A program made the position numbers and the translations under genes. Positions 38,746 through 51,000 of a DNA stretch of 64,000 nt are shown here, one piece after another (position 1 is the first letter of the stretch; the number at the start of each line of letters is the position of its first letter). The stretch is from Paramoeba atlantica (Eukaryota > Protista > Discosea). The notes under the pieces were generated by a model. It saw only the letters and a list, made by a program, of their open reading frames with translations, was not told the origin of the DNA and searched no databases. The stretch covers positions 1-64,000 of the forward strand of contig CDRNVI010000153.1 in the NCBI GenBank assembly GCA_977017575.1, in the 5' to 3' direction.

Positions 38746-39724
38746 GGAAAGAGAAAAACACACCAACAAGAAAAAAGTTCAACACAACACAAAAACAGAA
38801 CACAAAAAAAAATAAAAAAGGAAGGCCCGTAAAATTCCAAAAAGACTTGCTGTGTTTGATGGTATTTCGGTTTTTCCAGGTTAGGATTGTTCCTTTTTAT
38901 TTCTCGGAGGTTTTCTCATCAACACTTGTTTTCTCCTCAAATAATAAAAAAAACGTAATATCAAAAATACCTAATACCCCAAAAAAGAACGGAACAACGT
39001 CAAACAACCAAAGAGTTGATCGAGACTCTCCCCGAAACTGTTTCAAAAGCCTCTGGGGTGGATAACCAAAAAAAAAAGGAAAGAAAAACAAAGAAAGACG
39101 CTGATTTTTCCAACACCCATTTTTTTGAGAAAAAGAAACAGATTGTTTTTATGTGATCCCAATCCCGAACCAGAACAAAAGTTTTCCCGCTCCCTCTCCT
39201 TCGCCGAACCGAAAGAAAACAACACGAAAGAAAAAAAAAGAAAGAGAAACCAAATAAAAATGATTTTTGAGCAGAGGAAAAGATTTTGCACACAGGTTTT
39301 CTTTCTTTCATTTCTTTTTTTTTTTGGGAGCTCATTCTGTATCTATCTCTCCTCATTCATTTGTTATTCACTTTTCCTTTGTTCTTGTCGGTCATCAATC
39401 ATCGTCGTTATGTCCAAAAGATTGTGGAGTCATTCCTGATGACACTTCTTTTCATTCTCTTTCTTTTTTCTCCTTTTTTTTGTTCAGTCCTTTTTTTCTG
39501 CCCTCACCCCTTCCACCACCAAAACAGGGAAAGCCTTTTGATGTTGGGACAAAATTATTTTAATTATTCGTTCTGAACTTATTTTTGAAGATCTCACTTT
39601 GGATTAATCCAGTTCTTGGATCTATTTTTTCCAAGGTTTTCTATTTATTTGTTTTTTGCAAGAGAATAATGTTTGTGTTGTTATTGTTGGTGGTGGGTGA
39701 AACTTTTTTATGGTGAAATTTTGA

Positions 39725-40290
39725 ATGAACACATTTTTATTGATAACTGCAGTTATGATTCTTTTTGGACTGCCAGTTACCTTTGAGAAAACACTTGCCG
39801 GGACTACTCTTCTTCGTGTTAATGGGAAACCTCGTACTGAGTATTCTACTCCAAGATGGGACACTGAACTTGGTGGTATCACAACCACTTTTGTTGAAGG
39901 TGATGAGTATCAAATCCTCCTTGATTCAATTGTCATTGAAATAGATGATCAATTGTATTTCCATGATAGTGGGATCGCTCTCACAGAGAACACTCTGAAA
40001 TTCCCAATCCCTGATGGAGGTGGAGCAACTTCTCAGCTTGACCCTGAACTTCTCCGCTGTTCAAATGCTCCTCGTACCTCGTCGACGAAATTATTGATAA
40101 TCGTGAAAATCCGCACCCTTTGTTGAACGAAGAGACTCGAGTTGATCCAAGTTATGGTGCAGCCTGTAACCCCTGTTCTCGTGACATTGTCTCTCGTTGG
40201 TTGAGAATTGAAAATGACCCTTGTATTGAAGGAAATTTCCCAGATACTGACACGAATGATGCGCTGCAGTCATTATTATTAGCTGTGAGA
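39725..40290 (+). pseudogene. N-terminal remnant of a secreted DUF1501-associated large protein, intronless and frameshifted
   Basis: Signal peptide MNTFLLITAVMILFG, then ..RCSNAPRT, then a frame change to ..YGAACNP. It is linked to the downstream DUF1501 part by orientation and my recollection of family architecture only. Confidence 0.4.
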
Positions 40291-41660
40291 CAAAGGCGAA
40301 GATTGATCTCAACAATGGAAAAATTGGTCTTGTTCATGAGGCTTCAGCACCAGACGGGTTTAAACCATTTAAGCATGTACGCCCAGAAGGCGGAGGTTTT
40401 TGTGGTATTTCTTGGGGTCCCAAGGGTAAGTATCTGTCATTTCGAGGGGCTCACCCATTTCCTTGTGAGTGGAGTTAAGGTTTTTACTGTTGTCTTGGGG
40501 GTTTGCACTGGAGGCGTTAAGAAGACAACATTCGTGTTCTTTATTCGTCATGAGGCCTTCTTCGTGGTAGTCTTCTTCAGTTAACATTTCTTCGCCCTCG
40601 GATATCTCTTGGGAGAGGATCTCGTCTTCCTCAGGTTCCTCTTCTCCCCATTGAGAAGGTATCCCGAGGTCTTTCTTTCTTTTTTTGTTATCAGATTCAA
40701 AAGATGTAACTTTCGAGGCTGCTTTGAACAGTTTCAGATCATATTTCTTTTCATATTCCATTTTGGTTGTTGGTTCGATTTTTTTCTTTCTGTAGGGGCA
40801 GATGGGGGGGGATGGAAAATGGGGTATTTTCCTTCAAAGATTTTCCCGCATGTCACGCACAGTTTTTGGTATGGCTTCCAGGGGATTGGGAAATCAAAAT
40901 TAATGTTAAAACCAGCTTGTTTGATAAGGGGGACGAGGAGTGTAAACCTATGCAGGTCCTTTTTTTTTTCTAATCAGCTTGCCCTTTTCGCAACTTCCCG
41001 TCCCAGAAGTTCGAGGAAGAAGGTTGGAACTCGTGTGTAATGAAGGATGAAAACTCTTTTGGTTTGCTTGGGGCTTACAGGGTTCGGATCATCGACCTCA
41101 ATCCCGATTAAGTTTTCTCTGGGGATGTGGATAACCTCAAAGAGTGCCTGGCCACTTTTTCGATTGCGGTGTCGGGGTGAAACCCGTGGACTCTTATCAG
41201 GCATTGAAGGTAATCAAGATGTTTTTTGATCATTAAATTTTGGAGCACCCAACGTGGATGCAATTGCAGGTCCGTTTTCCAGGATGTGATTTAACACATT
41301 TAAACCACATCCTAGAAAACGACTCCTCCAACAGGTCCGTTGGTGCGATTGCAGGTCACTCGAGCGTCCCAAATTAACTTCGAGGATAGTTTCTTCTGTG
41401 GAGAAGGATTGAGTTTGTAACGCTTTTCTTCCGAGATCTGGTGTGATTTTGGTGGTTGGCTTTTCGTTCCTGCCTCGACCATCTCCTGGAGGGAGATTAC
41501 CGGACTTTCGTCGCTTTCGACTTCAAGGAAGTTCTCGACAAAAACCTCCTCTGATATCGATCGTGTGGTTGAAAAGCCTTCCCTCCGCCCTCTTCTCTCT
41601 TTCACTCCTTCTCCTTTTCAGAAGTTCAATTTGTCTGTTTTTCCACACCCCTCATGCTGA
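40290..41660 (-). other. Unidentified ~1.35 kb insertion with broken minus-strand coding remnants
   Basis: Acidic ORF MEYEKK..EEEPEEDE, a CVTCGKIF..H..H zinc-finger-like piece and stops in all frames. It lies between the two halves of the DUF1501-type gene; boundaries are approximate. Confidence 0.45.
41273..41321 (-). other. 22-bp inverted repeat (hairpin) with 5-nt loop
   Basis: CGTTTTCCAGGATGTGATTTAA-CACAT-TTAAACCACATCCTAGAAAACG. Both mismatches become G:U pairs on the minus strand. Confidence 0.85.
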
Positions 41661-42086
41661 TGTTTCGAATACCCTTCTCGATCGTTCTAACCGGATAAAT
41701 GAAGCCATAGAAGGATTTGTCAACGAAATGAAAGCTCAAGGGAGACATGATGAAGTTTTGACAGTGGTAACATCTGAATTTGCATGAACATTGACTCCAA
41801 ACAGTGGAGAAGGAAGTGATCACGCTTGGGGAGGTCATTATGCTTTAATTGGGGGAGAAGTTAATGGTAGAAAGATTCATGGAACCTATCCTGATATGAT
41901 CTTTCTGATGAGGGTCCTCTTGGTCTTGGTCATGGACGGCTCGTTCCTTCCGCGAGTTGGGACCAAGTATGGAATGGTGTTGTGGAGTGGTTTGGATTAT
42001 CTGAAGAGGAAGGTTTGGATTATGTCTTGATGAATCGACATGAATTTGAGGGTCACCTTTTCTCAAGAGATGATTTGTTTGAATAA
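41661..42086 (+). pseudogene. C-terminal part of a DUF1501-family protein with a stop and a frameshift
   Basis: EGFVNEMKAQG..VTSEFA*TLTPNSGEGSDHAWGGH..GG.V.G..I.G.YP, then after a frameshift GPLG..GRLVPSASWDQVWNGVVEWFG..DLFE*. The stop is CGA>TGA in the SEF.RT motif. Confidence 0.8.
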
Positions 42087-42179
42087 ATAATAAATAAATC
42101 ATTTTTTCAATTTTTTCCAATGGTTGTCCCTTTTTGGTCATAATTTCGTTTTTCCTTTTTTCAGTGGAAGAGAGAGAAG

Positions 42180-44679
42180 ATGCAATTGAGAAAAAGCATC
42201 AACTTTGAGTTTCAAGGAAGATCTCACTTGGGATATTTTCAGAAAAGACTGTGGAATGTCTATCCCTCTTTCTCTCTTCATTCCCTTTCCCCTTTCCATT
42301 CTCTCTTTCTCCAATCCAATCGCAGTTTTTCAACAACTTCAACAACCCGCTTTCCCTTCCCTCTCTCTTTGACTTCCCTCCGCCCTCTTCTCTCTTTCAC
42401 TCCTTCTCCTTTTCAAAAGTTCAATTTGTCTGTTTTTCCACACCCCTCTCCTTCTTTTGTTCTTCCCTCATCTTTTCTCTCTTCATTCTCTCCATCGAAT
42501 AATCAGAAATTATTTGAGGTTTGTCGATTTTTTTTTTTTATTTTATGGATCTCTGAATTATTTATTCACTTTTTAAACTTAAGAAAGAAAAAAAGAAAAA
42601 AAAAAGAGAAAGAAAAAAAAAGAAAAAAAAGAAAAGATCAAAGAATCATAAATGATGAAACACAAAGATATTTTTGAAATGAATTAATTCATTCCATTTT
42701 CAAAAGGAAGCACTTTTTATTGCTGTTGTTCAAAATCGTAAAAAAACTGTTTTATCAATTTTGGAGAACAAAAGAAGTGATTGGGATTTAGATTTTGAGC
42801 AAGTTTTTCTTTCTTCTATTTTCTTTTTTCCTTTTTCCTTTTCTTTTTTCTTTCATACTTTCAAGAGAAACATCAAGAGATCTCTAATAAAGGATATTTT
42901 CTCTCTTTTTTAAATCTTTATTTCTTTTTTCTAGAATGGAATAACTCCTCTTTTCATTGCTGCACAAAACGGGCATGAACAGATGGTTGAAATTTTATTG
43001 AAAAATGGTTCCAACGTTAATCTTTCAAGGAAGGTTTTTGATTTATTTTATTAAATTTTATTGATTGAATATTTTACTTATTTCGTTAAAGGATGGAATA
43101 ACTCCTCTTTTCATAGCTGCTCAAGAAGGACATCACCAAGTTGTTGCAATTTTATTGAAGAATGGTGCAAATGTTAATCCTTCAACTTTGGTCCGATTTT
43201 TTTGTTTCTTTTTGTTGTGCATGTTTTGAAACACAACAACTCAAACAACACAGTTGAAGATCCAGTATTTTTCTCTTTTTCTCTTTGATCTTACTTTTAT
43301 TTTTTTTTTCAAGCTTGATTCAACTCCTCTTCATGCTGCAATTTTCAAAAAACAAGAAAAAGTGGTTCAAATGTTATTAGAGAATGGAGCAAACATAAAT
43401 GCGCCAACACAAGTTTTTTTGATTTTATTTCATTTGTTTGTTATCGTTTGTTAAACAATAACATTTTTCTCTCCTTTTTTTTGATCTTTTTTTCATTTTT
43501 CAAAGGATGGATCAACTCCTCTTCATGTTGCTACTCTTTCTCGTAATGAAAAAGTGGTTCAACTCCTGTTGAAAAAAGGAGCAAAAGTTAAACTAACAAA
43601 AAAGGTATTCTTGATTGTTTTTATTTTATTTTATTTTGAATCCTTTGTTTATTCAAATTGTTTATTGAAAAACCAATTCAAAATACAAAACTAACAAAGA
43701 TATTTTTTTTCACTTTCAAAAGGGTGGAGAAACTCCTCTTTTCTTTTCTGCTCTCCAAGGAGACCAACAAATTGTCAAAATTTTATTGGAGAATGGCGCA
43801 AATGTTAATGCTACCGCGGAGGTTTTTTTTCAAAAAAATTTATTTTATTGGTTAGAATTAAGTTATTTCTTTTTTTCCCTGGTCCACTCTTTTTGAGATG
43901 AATTTGGTCCCAAATAAAGACTTTTTTTGTGTGTGTGTTTCTCAAAACTCTTCAAAAGAGAGGAAATCTTCACAATATTTTTGAGGATCTCTTTCTCCTG
44001 CTCAATTGCAGTTTCCTCCAATATGCTCACCCAACAGAGAGAACGGTGTTTTCTGAGTTTTATTTTCTTCCCACCTCTTTCCTCCAGCAAATCTTCATAT
44101 TTGTTTTTTATCAGCTGACAAAGTGCTCAGATAATCAGATAAAATCAAATTAATGTGTAACATTGAAAGCTCTTTGTTGAAGGCCATGTCCTTTTCCTAA
44201 TTGGAGATGGGAACAAAAGCAATTCATTTGAAAAAACATAAATAACACAACACTGAGAAAAAATATTTTCTGTTTTTTTTTGTGATTTTTATTTTAATTT
44301 TCAAGGATGGAGCAACTCCTCTTCTCGTGGCTGCTCAAGAAGGACAGCACCAAGTTGTTGATTTTTTATTGAAGAATGGTGCAAATGTTAATGATTCAAT
44401 GAAGGTTTTTGAATTTATTTTAATTGTTTGATCGATTTTTATTTTCTTTTATTTTCTTTTGTTGATCTCAATCAATATGAAACGATAACAACACAAACAC
44501 ACAACAACTGATTAGGGGATTTTTAGGGGATTTTTTTCTCTCTCTTTCTTTTTGATCTTCTTTTTCCTTTTTCAAGATTGAATGGACTCCTCTTCATGGT
44601 GCTGTTTACAACAATCATGAAAAAGTGGTAAAAATTTTAGTGGAGAAAGGAGCAAATATTCACGCTCCAACACAGGTTT

Positions 44680-44710
<31 letters not shown>

Positions 44711-45841
44711 TTATTTAATAATTAATTATCCAAAAGAAATCAACCAACTCAGAAATATAAAAAACAATTTCATCAGATGCAACACTGATAAAAAGTATTT
44801 TTTCTCTTTCAAGCTGGGAGGATCGCCACTGTACATTTCTGCTCAAAGGGGACATGAACGAATTGCTAAAATTCTATTGAAGAAAGGAGTAAACATTAAT
44901 ACACCAGCATATGTTTTTATTCATTTAATAATTTGTTTGAAAAGTACTTCTCTTATTGAACCATTTTTTTATATTTTTTTTTTAATAGGATGGAGGAACT
45001 CCTCTTTATATCGCAGTTTATCATCATCATGAAAATATGATCAAACTTCTCTTGAAAAATGGAGCAAATGTTAATATGGCAACAATGGTATTATTTTATT
45101 TTATTTTTTTAGAACCAACACAATACTAAGAAACATATTTTTCTCTCTTTTTTTTTCGCCTTTCAAAAGGATGGATCAACTCCTCTTTTCATGGCTGCTC
45201 AAGAGGGACTTCAACAAATAGTTGAAATTTTATTGAAGAACGGTGCAAATGTTAACACTCAAAAAAAGGTTTTTGAATTTATTTGAGAAATGAAATTGTT
45301 TTTTCTTTTGTTGAAATCAATCACAAAAAACAACACAACAAAGAAGTTGTTCTCTTTTTTTATATTTCTTTAATGTTCTCTTTTTCAAGGATGGCACAAC
45401 CCCTCTTTTCATGGCTGCTCAAGAGGGACATCATCAAGTTGTTGAAATTTTATTGAAGAATGGTGCAAACGTTAATGATTCAAGGGAGGTTTTTGAATTT
45501 ATTCTATTTAAAACCACAAAAACACAACAACAACTGAATATCCTCTCTTTTCTTTTTGTACTTTCTTTTCCTTTTTTCAAGAATGGAGGGACTCCTCTTC
45601 ATGCTGCTGTTTTCAATCAACATGAAAAAATTGTTGAGATTCTATTGAATAATGGAGCAAAAATATGTGATTCAATGATGGTTTTTTTTTTATCTATGAC
45701 AAAAAAAACTAGAATTCACAATAACAAGATTAACAAAAGTTATTTTCTCTTCTTTCTCTCTCTCTCTCTCTCTTTTGTTAGGGAGTCGCTGTTAAAAGGG
45801 GAAATCAAAAGATTGTTGAATTGTTGAAAAGAGAAGTTTAA
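42180..45841 (+). CDS. Ankyrin-repeat protein, ~12 exons of 99 nt each encoding one repeat; N-terminus resembles a mitochondrial presequence
   Basis: Phase-0 exons such as [33 protein letters not shown] (33 aa). The N-terminus is rich in R/S/F/L and includes RSFSTT. Stop TAA at 45839-45841. Confidence 0.88.
43860..44240 (-). mobile_element. Possible hAT-like transposase remnant inside an ankyrin intron
   Basis: This intron is ~480 bp against ~100 bp for its neighbours and has a CpG-poor coding-like core. CFCSHLQL and [12 protein letters not shown] resemble the hAT C-x-x-H and (T)RW.S motifs. Confidence 0.3.
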
Positions 45842-45950
45842 ATCGATCTGAATATGTGAGGAAAGAAAGTTCCTTGAAACTCCTTTGAAGAGTAATTTTT
45901 GAGTTTTTTCATTAGAATATCTTTCGCAAGTTCAAACATCTCCACTTTTT

Positions 45951-46934
45951 TCAATAAAAAACGAGCCGAGAAAAAGGCGACTCCAAGTCAACCAACCATT
46001 CTCCTTCTATTTCTTTGTCATTATACTCTTCCTGAGCAAAGATGCGACGCCCTTCAACTGTCAAAATTGCCTGTGTATCATCAGGAAGCTCTTTATACCT
46101 GCCACAAATAAGATTCCGCAAAAAAGGCTCAGCAGGTCGTGGATAAAATGAGACATACCAGACTTTGCGCCACTCAGATGAACCCTGATTTGGCCAATTA
46201 CCATGTGCTGTTCGAGAATCCCAGAGAATTAACGACCCTTTCCTTGCTGGAATACGAAACAGATGATTTTGTCTCAAACATTTCCCCTCACAAGAAACTA
46301 ATGCTCCTTGTCTCCACGTATTCACCTTTTCTCCATATTTCTTCATCCACTTGTGAGAACCAGGAATACAATGAAAACCTCCTGAAGTCATGGTGTGATC
46401 AGAGAGAGCGACGATCGCTTGGACACGGCTGTAATTTGGTTCGAGAGTGGGGTTCTGGTCCCAATGAACAAAACCCACCTCTGTTGCCCATTCAGGATGA
46501 TCTTTTGTTGGTCTCATCAAACCAAATCGATCCATCTTCGCATAGATATCCGATCGACCAAGTACGAGAGAAAAAAATTTCAGAACGTGAGGAAGTTGTC
46601 GAATTTTGCATGCAACCGGTCCGTTCGAAGCAATCGAAAAAAATCCCTTCCCCATATTGTAAGCGCTTCCATAGACGCTCGCCCAGTCCACTGATTCAGG
46701 ATCGTTTATTGGGTCAACCCCTTTGAACATACCAGAACGATTCATCATTTCATCATCCAACTCATCAATCATCTCCTCTGGCGCGATATTGCGAACCACC
46801 ACAAAACCATATTTTTCATAAAAAGCCATCCAATTTTTTGTGTCTTGGGGTTCAAAACTTTGGACCTTCCCTTCTTCATCCTTGGGAGGTTCCAAGATTG
46901 GTCCATACTCACATTCACAAATTGGTGCAGCCAT
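45951..46934 (-). CDS. Phytanoyl-CoA dioxygenase (PhyH)-like 2OG-Fe(II) oxygenase, 327 aa, intronless
   Basis: HWD (H-x-D), GGFHCIPGSH, KGSLILWDSRTAHG (distal His) and a distal Arg. Confidence 0.85.
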   Translation of the reverse strand: MAAPICECEYGPILEPPKDEEGKVQSFEPQDTKNWMAFYEKYGFVVVRNIAPEEMIDELDDEMMNRSGMFKGVDPINDPESVDWASVYGSAYNMGKGFFSIASNGPVACKIRQLPHVLKFFSLVLGRSDIYAKMDRFGLMRPTKDHPEWATEVGFVHWDQNPTLEPNYSRVQAIVALSDHTMTSGGFHCIPGSHKWMKKYGEKVNTWRQGALVSCEGKCLRQNHLFRIPARKGSLILWDSRTAHGNWPNQGSSEWRKVWYVSFYPRPAEPFLRNLICGRYKELPDDTQAILTVEGRRIFAQEEYNDKEIEGEWLVDLESPFSRLVFY

Positions 46935-47306
46935 CTCAAAGTTCTTTTTGCGAAGGATTTTTCAGGACGAAAAGAGACCAACAAAATAAAAAAATCTCAA
47001 GAACGAGGGTTTGGAGCTTTTGGAGGAGGGTTTTTTGTTGGGAAAAAACTGGAAAGGATGGTTCAGCGGAAGTGTTGTGCAAAAAAACTGGAAGTGCACA
47101 AAGAAAAAGAAAGGAAAAAGGGGAATCACGACAAAAAAAGCAAAAAACCGTTTTTTTCCAAAAAAAGGTGCCCCCGCATGAGTTTATCCAACCGAAATCT
47201 CCTTATTAAGAATTTTCCAAAATTGAGGGACCTATAATCTAAATAAAGGATAAAACGAACGTCACGATAAAATTGTTTGTTTCTCTTTGCTCCGGTTTTA
47301 CTCGAG

Positions 47307-47765
47307 ATGTTGCTTTTCTTTCTTTTCTCGGTCTTTGTCTTCTCTTCTGTTCAAGGAACAAGTCTTGGAATTCGAAAACATGGCCAAAGCAAGCAACTGA
47401 CCGTTGGGATTACTTACGGTTATGTGAGACCAACCAATTGGATTTTGGCTGATGGTTCGACCAGATGGAACGCTGTCCTTCGAGGACCGATGAAGCAAGG
47501 AGAACAACATATGATCGCCGTTGATGATCAGTACTTATGTTTTAATGGCATCTACTTTACTCTTGAACCTGTGACCAGTCTTCCTTGGTCCAACAACTGT
47601 CGATATTTGCTTACCAATGGCGCAAGCCCCGATGGAGAAGCGATTGTTGCAGGAAGCACGTTCTTTATGCTCTGGAATAATAATACTTGTCTTGAATACC
47701 ATGGGGACTCGCTTGATCTTTGGCCTGGAAAGTGTACTGTTGATGGTATTCAGGAAGCTGTCTAA
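47307..47765 (+). CDS. Small secreted protein (152 aa), stand-alone paralog of the C-terminal domain of the neighbouring SP-repeat protein
   Basis: Signal peptide [35 protein letters not shown] is nearly identical to 51135-51548. Confidence 0.85.
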   Translation: MLLFFLFSVFVFSSVQGTSLGIRKHGQSKQLTVGITYGYVRPTNWILADGSTRWNAVLRGPMKQGEQHMIAVDDQYLCFNGIYFTLEPVTSLPWSNNCRYLLTNGASPDGEAIVAGSTFFMLWNNNTCLEYHGDSLDLWPGKCTVDGIQEAV

Positions 47766-48052
47766 TCAGACTGAAGAGAAAAAGTGATAATAATCATAAA
47801 AAATCCTCGATCAGTGATCGAATTTATAAAAATTTTTACCTGATTTTTCCATTGTCCAATTCAAACATTGTTTTATGTTTGAATTTTTATTTCCTTTCTT
47901 GTCAAGGGTATTTTGTTTTTGACAAACCCCTCAAAAATAACTAGAACCAAAAGAACAAAAATTCTTTGCGGTTTTTCTCTTCTTCAGGTGGTGTTTTTTT
48001 GTTTTTTCCCCGCGCTGCAACGGGAACGTTTGGGTTTGGGAACAAGAAAAGA

Positions 48053-51000
48053 ATGTTTCTTCTTGGTCTTTTCGTTTCTCTTTCTCTTGTTTCTCTCCCG
48101 TTCAGTTCGCAAGCCTGTTTCGAAACAGAAAATGTGTTTCGAGGAGGTTCTCTCGTTATCTCCCTCGGCATTAACAGTACGTTCTCCCAACTGGACAGTG
48201 ACTATTGCCCGCCATCCACCCCAGTTTGTGTCAACTTTCAATCCGGGAACTACGTGATCGAAGCGCTGAATGGTTATGTCTCTGATCAGAATGTTGATCC
48301 TGATTGTGATACTGTGACTGGCAATAACTCGTGTGGTTGTCGTCGAAATGGAATTTGCTGTAGCAGAGGATATCAAACGACTTATTTGATGAATTTTCCA
48401 TTCAATAATCCTTGTAATTTTGGAGGAGACGATCCGTGGTACAGCTGCAATGCAGACACTGATTTGTGTATTCGATCATCAACACTTTTTTCCAGAGGAC
48501 CTTGCAATAGCTGCTCCGAAAATAGTTGCCAGGTTTGTTTTTGTCTTTTCATTCTTTTTTTTTTGTCATTTGGTTTTTGAGAGGAGTGTTCAAAAGGAGG
48601 AGAAAAAAGAGTAAAAAAAGCAAGTCATTCTTTGTTTAAGGGTGAATTAATTTTGTCTCAATGGATGAAACAACCTCTAACTTATTTTTTTTTCTCACCA
48701 GTTACGTTTTCGCAATCAAGGGAGAGCAAACAACTTCCAAAGAAGGATCAAGGAGACCTTCTTTTCTTTTCCCTCAGATACAACTGTTGAGTTTTATTTC
48801 CCTCTTGCGAATATTCATGACCCAACAAGTTATTATCTCCCACCTGAAAATTTTCAAATTTCAATTCAAAGTAATGATCCTCCAGCTCCAGCTCCCTCTC
48901 CATCCCCCTCTCCTTTCCCCTCTTCTTCTCCTTCTCCTTCTCCCACACCTTCTCCCTCTCCATCGCCATTCAGTTCACCATCTCCCTCTCCCATACCTTC
49001 TCCCTCTCCATCACCATTGAGTTCACCATCTCCTTCTCCCACACCTTCTCCCTCTCCATCACCATTGAGTTCACCATCCCCCTCTCCCACACCATCTCCA
49101 TCACCAGTCAGTTCACCATCCCCCTCTCCCACACCTTCTCCCTCTCCTTCACCATTCAGTTCACCATCACCATCACCATTGAGTTCACCATCCCCCTCTC
49201 CCATCCCTTCTCCCTCTCCATCACCAGTCAGTTCACCATCTCCTTCTCCCACACCTTCTCCCTCTCCATCACCATTCAGTTCACCATCCCCCTCTCCCAC
49301 ACCTTCTCCCTCTCCTTCACCATTGAGTTCACCATCCCCCTCTCCCACACCATCTCCATCGCCATTTAGTTCACCATCCCCCTCTCCCACACCATCTCCC
49401 TCTCCATTACCATTCAGTTCACCATCTCCCTCTCCCACACCTTCTCCCTCTCCATCACCATTGAGTTCACCATCTCCTTCTCCCACACCATCTCCTTCTC
49501 CATCACCATTTAGTTCACCATCTCCTTCTCCCATACCTTCTCCCTCTCCATCACCATTCAGTTCACCATCTCCTTCTCCCACACCATCTCCTTCTCCATC
49601 ACCATTCAGTTCACCATCTCCTTCTCCTACACCTTCTCCCTCTCCATCACCATTCAGTTCACCATCTCCTTCTCCTACACCTTCTCCCTCTCCATCACCA
49701 TTCGGTTCACCATCTCCCTCCCCCACACCTTCTCCCTCTCCTTCACCATTGAGTTCACCATCCCCCTCTCCCACACCATCTCCATCGCCATTTAGTTCAC
49801 CATCCCCCTCTCCCACACCTTCTCCGTCTCCATCACCATTGAGTTCACCATCTCCTTCCCCCACACCTTCTCCTTCTCCATCACCATTCAGTTCACCATC
49901 CCCCTCTCCCACACCATCTCCATCGCCAGTTAGTTCACCATCTCCTTCCCCCACACCTTCTCCTTCTCCATCACCATTGAGTTCGCCATCCCCCTCTCCC
50001 ACACCTTCTCCTTCTCCATCACCATTGAGTTCACCATCCCCCTCTCCCACACCATCTCCATCACCAGCCAGTTCACCATCTCCTTCTCCCACACCAGCTC
50101 CTTCTCCATCACCATTGAGTTCGCCATCTCCCTCCCCCACACCTTCTCCCTCTCCATCACCATTCAGTTCACCATCCCCCTCCCCCACACCCTCTCCCTC
50201 CCCCACACCATCTCCTTCTCCATTACCATTGAGTTCACCATCCCCCTCTCCCACACCTTCTCCCTCTCCATCACCATTTAGTTCACCATCTCCCTCCCCC
50301 ACACCTTCTCCCTCTCCCACACCTTCTCCATCACCACTCAGCTCACCATCTCCCTCGCCGTTTAGTTCACCTTCTCCCTCTCCCACATCATCTCCCTCTC
50401 CTTCACCATTTAGTTCCCCATCTCCCTCTCCTTCACCATTGAGTTCACCCTCTCCCTCTCCATTTAGTTCCCCATCTCCCTCTCCATCACCATTGAGCTC
50501 GCCATCTCCCTCTCCTTCTCCCTCACTCTCTCCCTCCCCATCTCCTTCTCCTTTTATCTGTGGTGAAGGATATTATTTCAATCCTGAAGTGGAGTTATGT
50601 ACTCTTTGTGAATGTGGCTACTACTGCACTGGTGGAAAGAAATATTCTTCTTGTCCTCCTGGACACTATTGTGTCCGGGTGAAGTGCTCTGAACCCTCCC
50701 CCTCTCCCTCTCCCTCTCCCTCTCCCTCTCCTTCTCCCTCTCCTACTCCCTCTCCCTCTCCTTCTCCCTCTCCTTCTCCTTCTCCCTCTCCTACTCCCTC
50801 TCCCTCTCCCTCTCCTTCTCCTTCTCCTTCTCCTTCTCCCTCTCCTACTCCCTCTCCTTCTCCCTCTCCCTCTCCTTCTCCTTCTCCCTCTCCTTCTCCC
50901 TCTCCTTCTCCTTCTCCTTCTCCTTCCCCTTCTCCTTCTCCCTCTCCCTCTCCCTCTCCCTCTCCCTCTCCTTCTCCTTCTCCCTCTCCTTCTCCCTCTC

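Noticed and set aside
46139-46726. 195-aa plus-strand ORF
   Set aside because: Antisense to the PhyH-like gene and has no motifs.
48866-50386. 506-aa Gly-Glu-Gly-Asp ORF on the minus strand
   Set aside because: Antisense shadow of the Ser-Pro repeat. The plus strand has the signal peptide and flanking domains.
49000-50520. CRISPR-like repeat-spacer array
   Set aside because: These are coding tandem repeats without unique spacers, there are no cas genes, and the context is eukaryotic.
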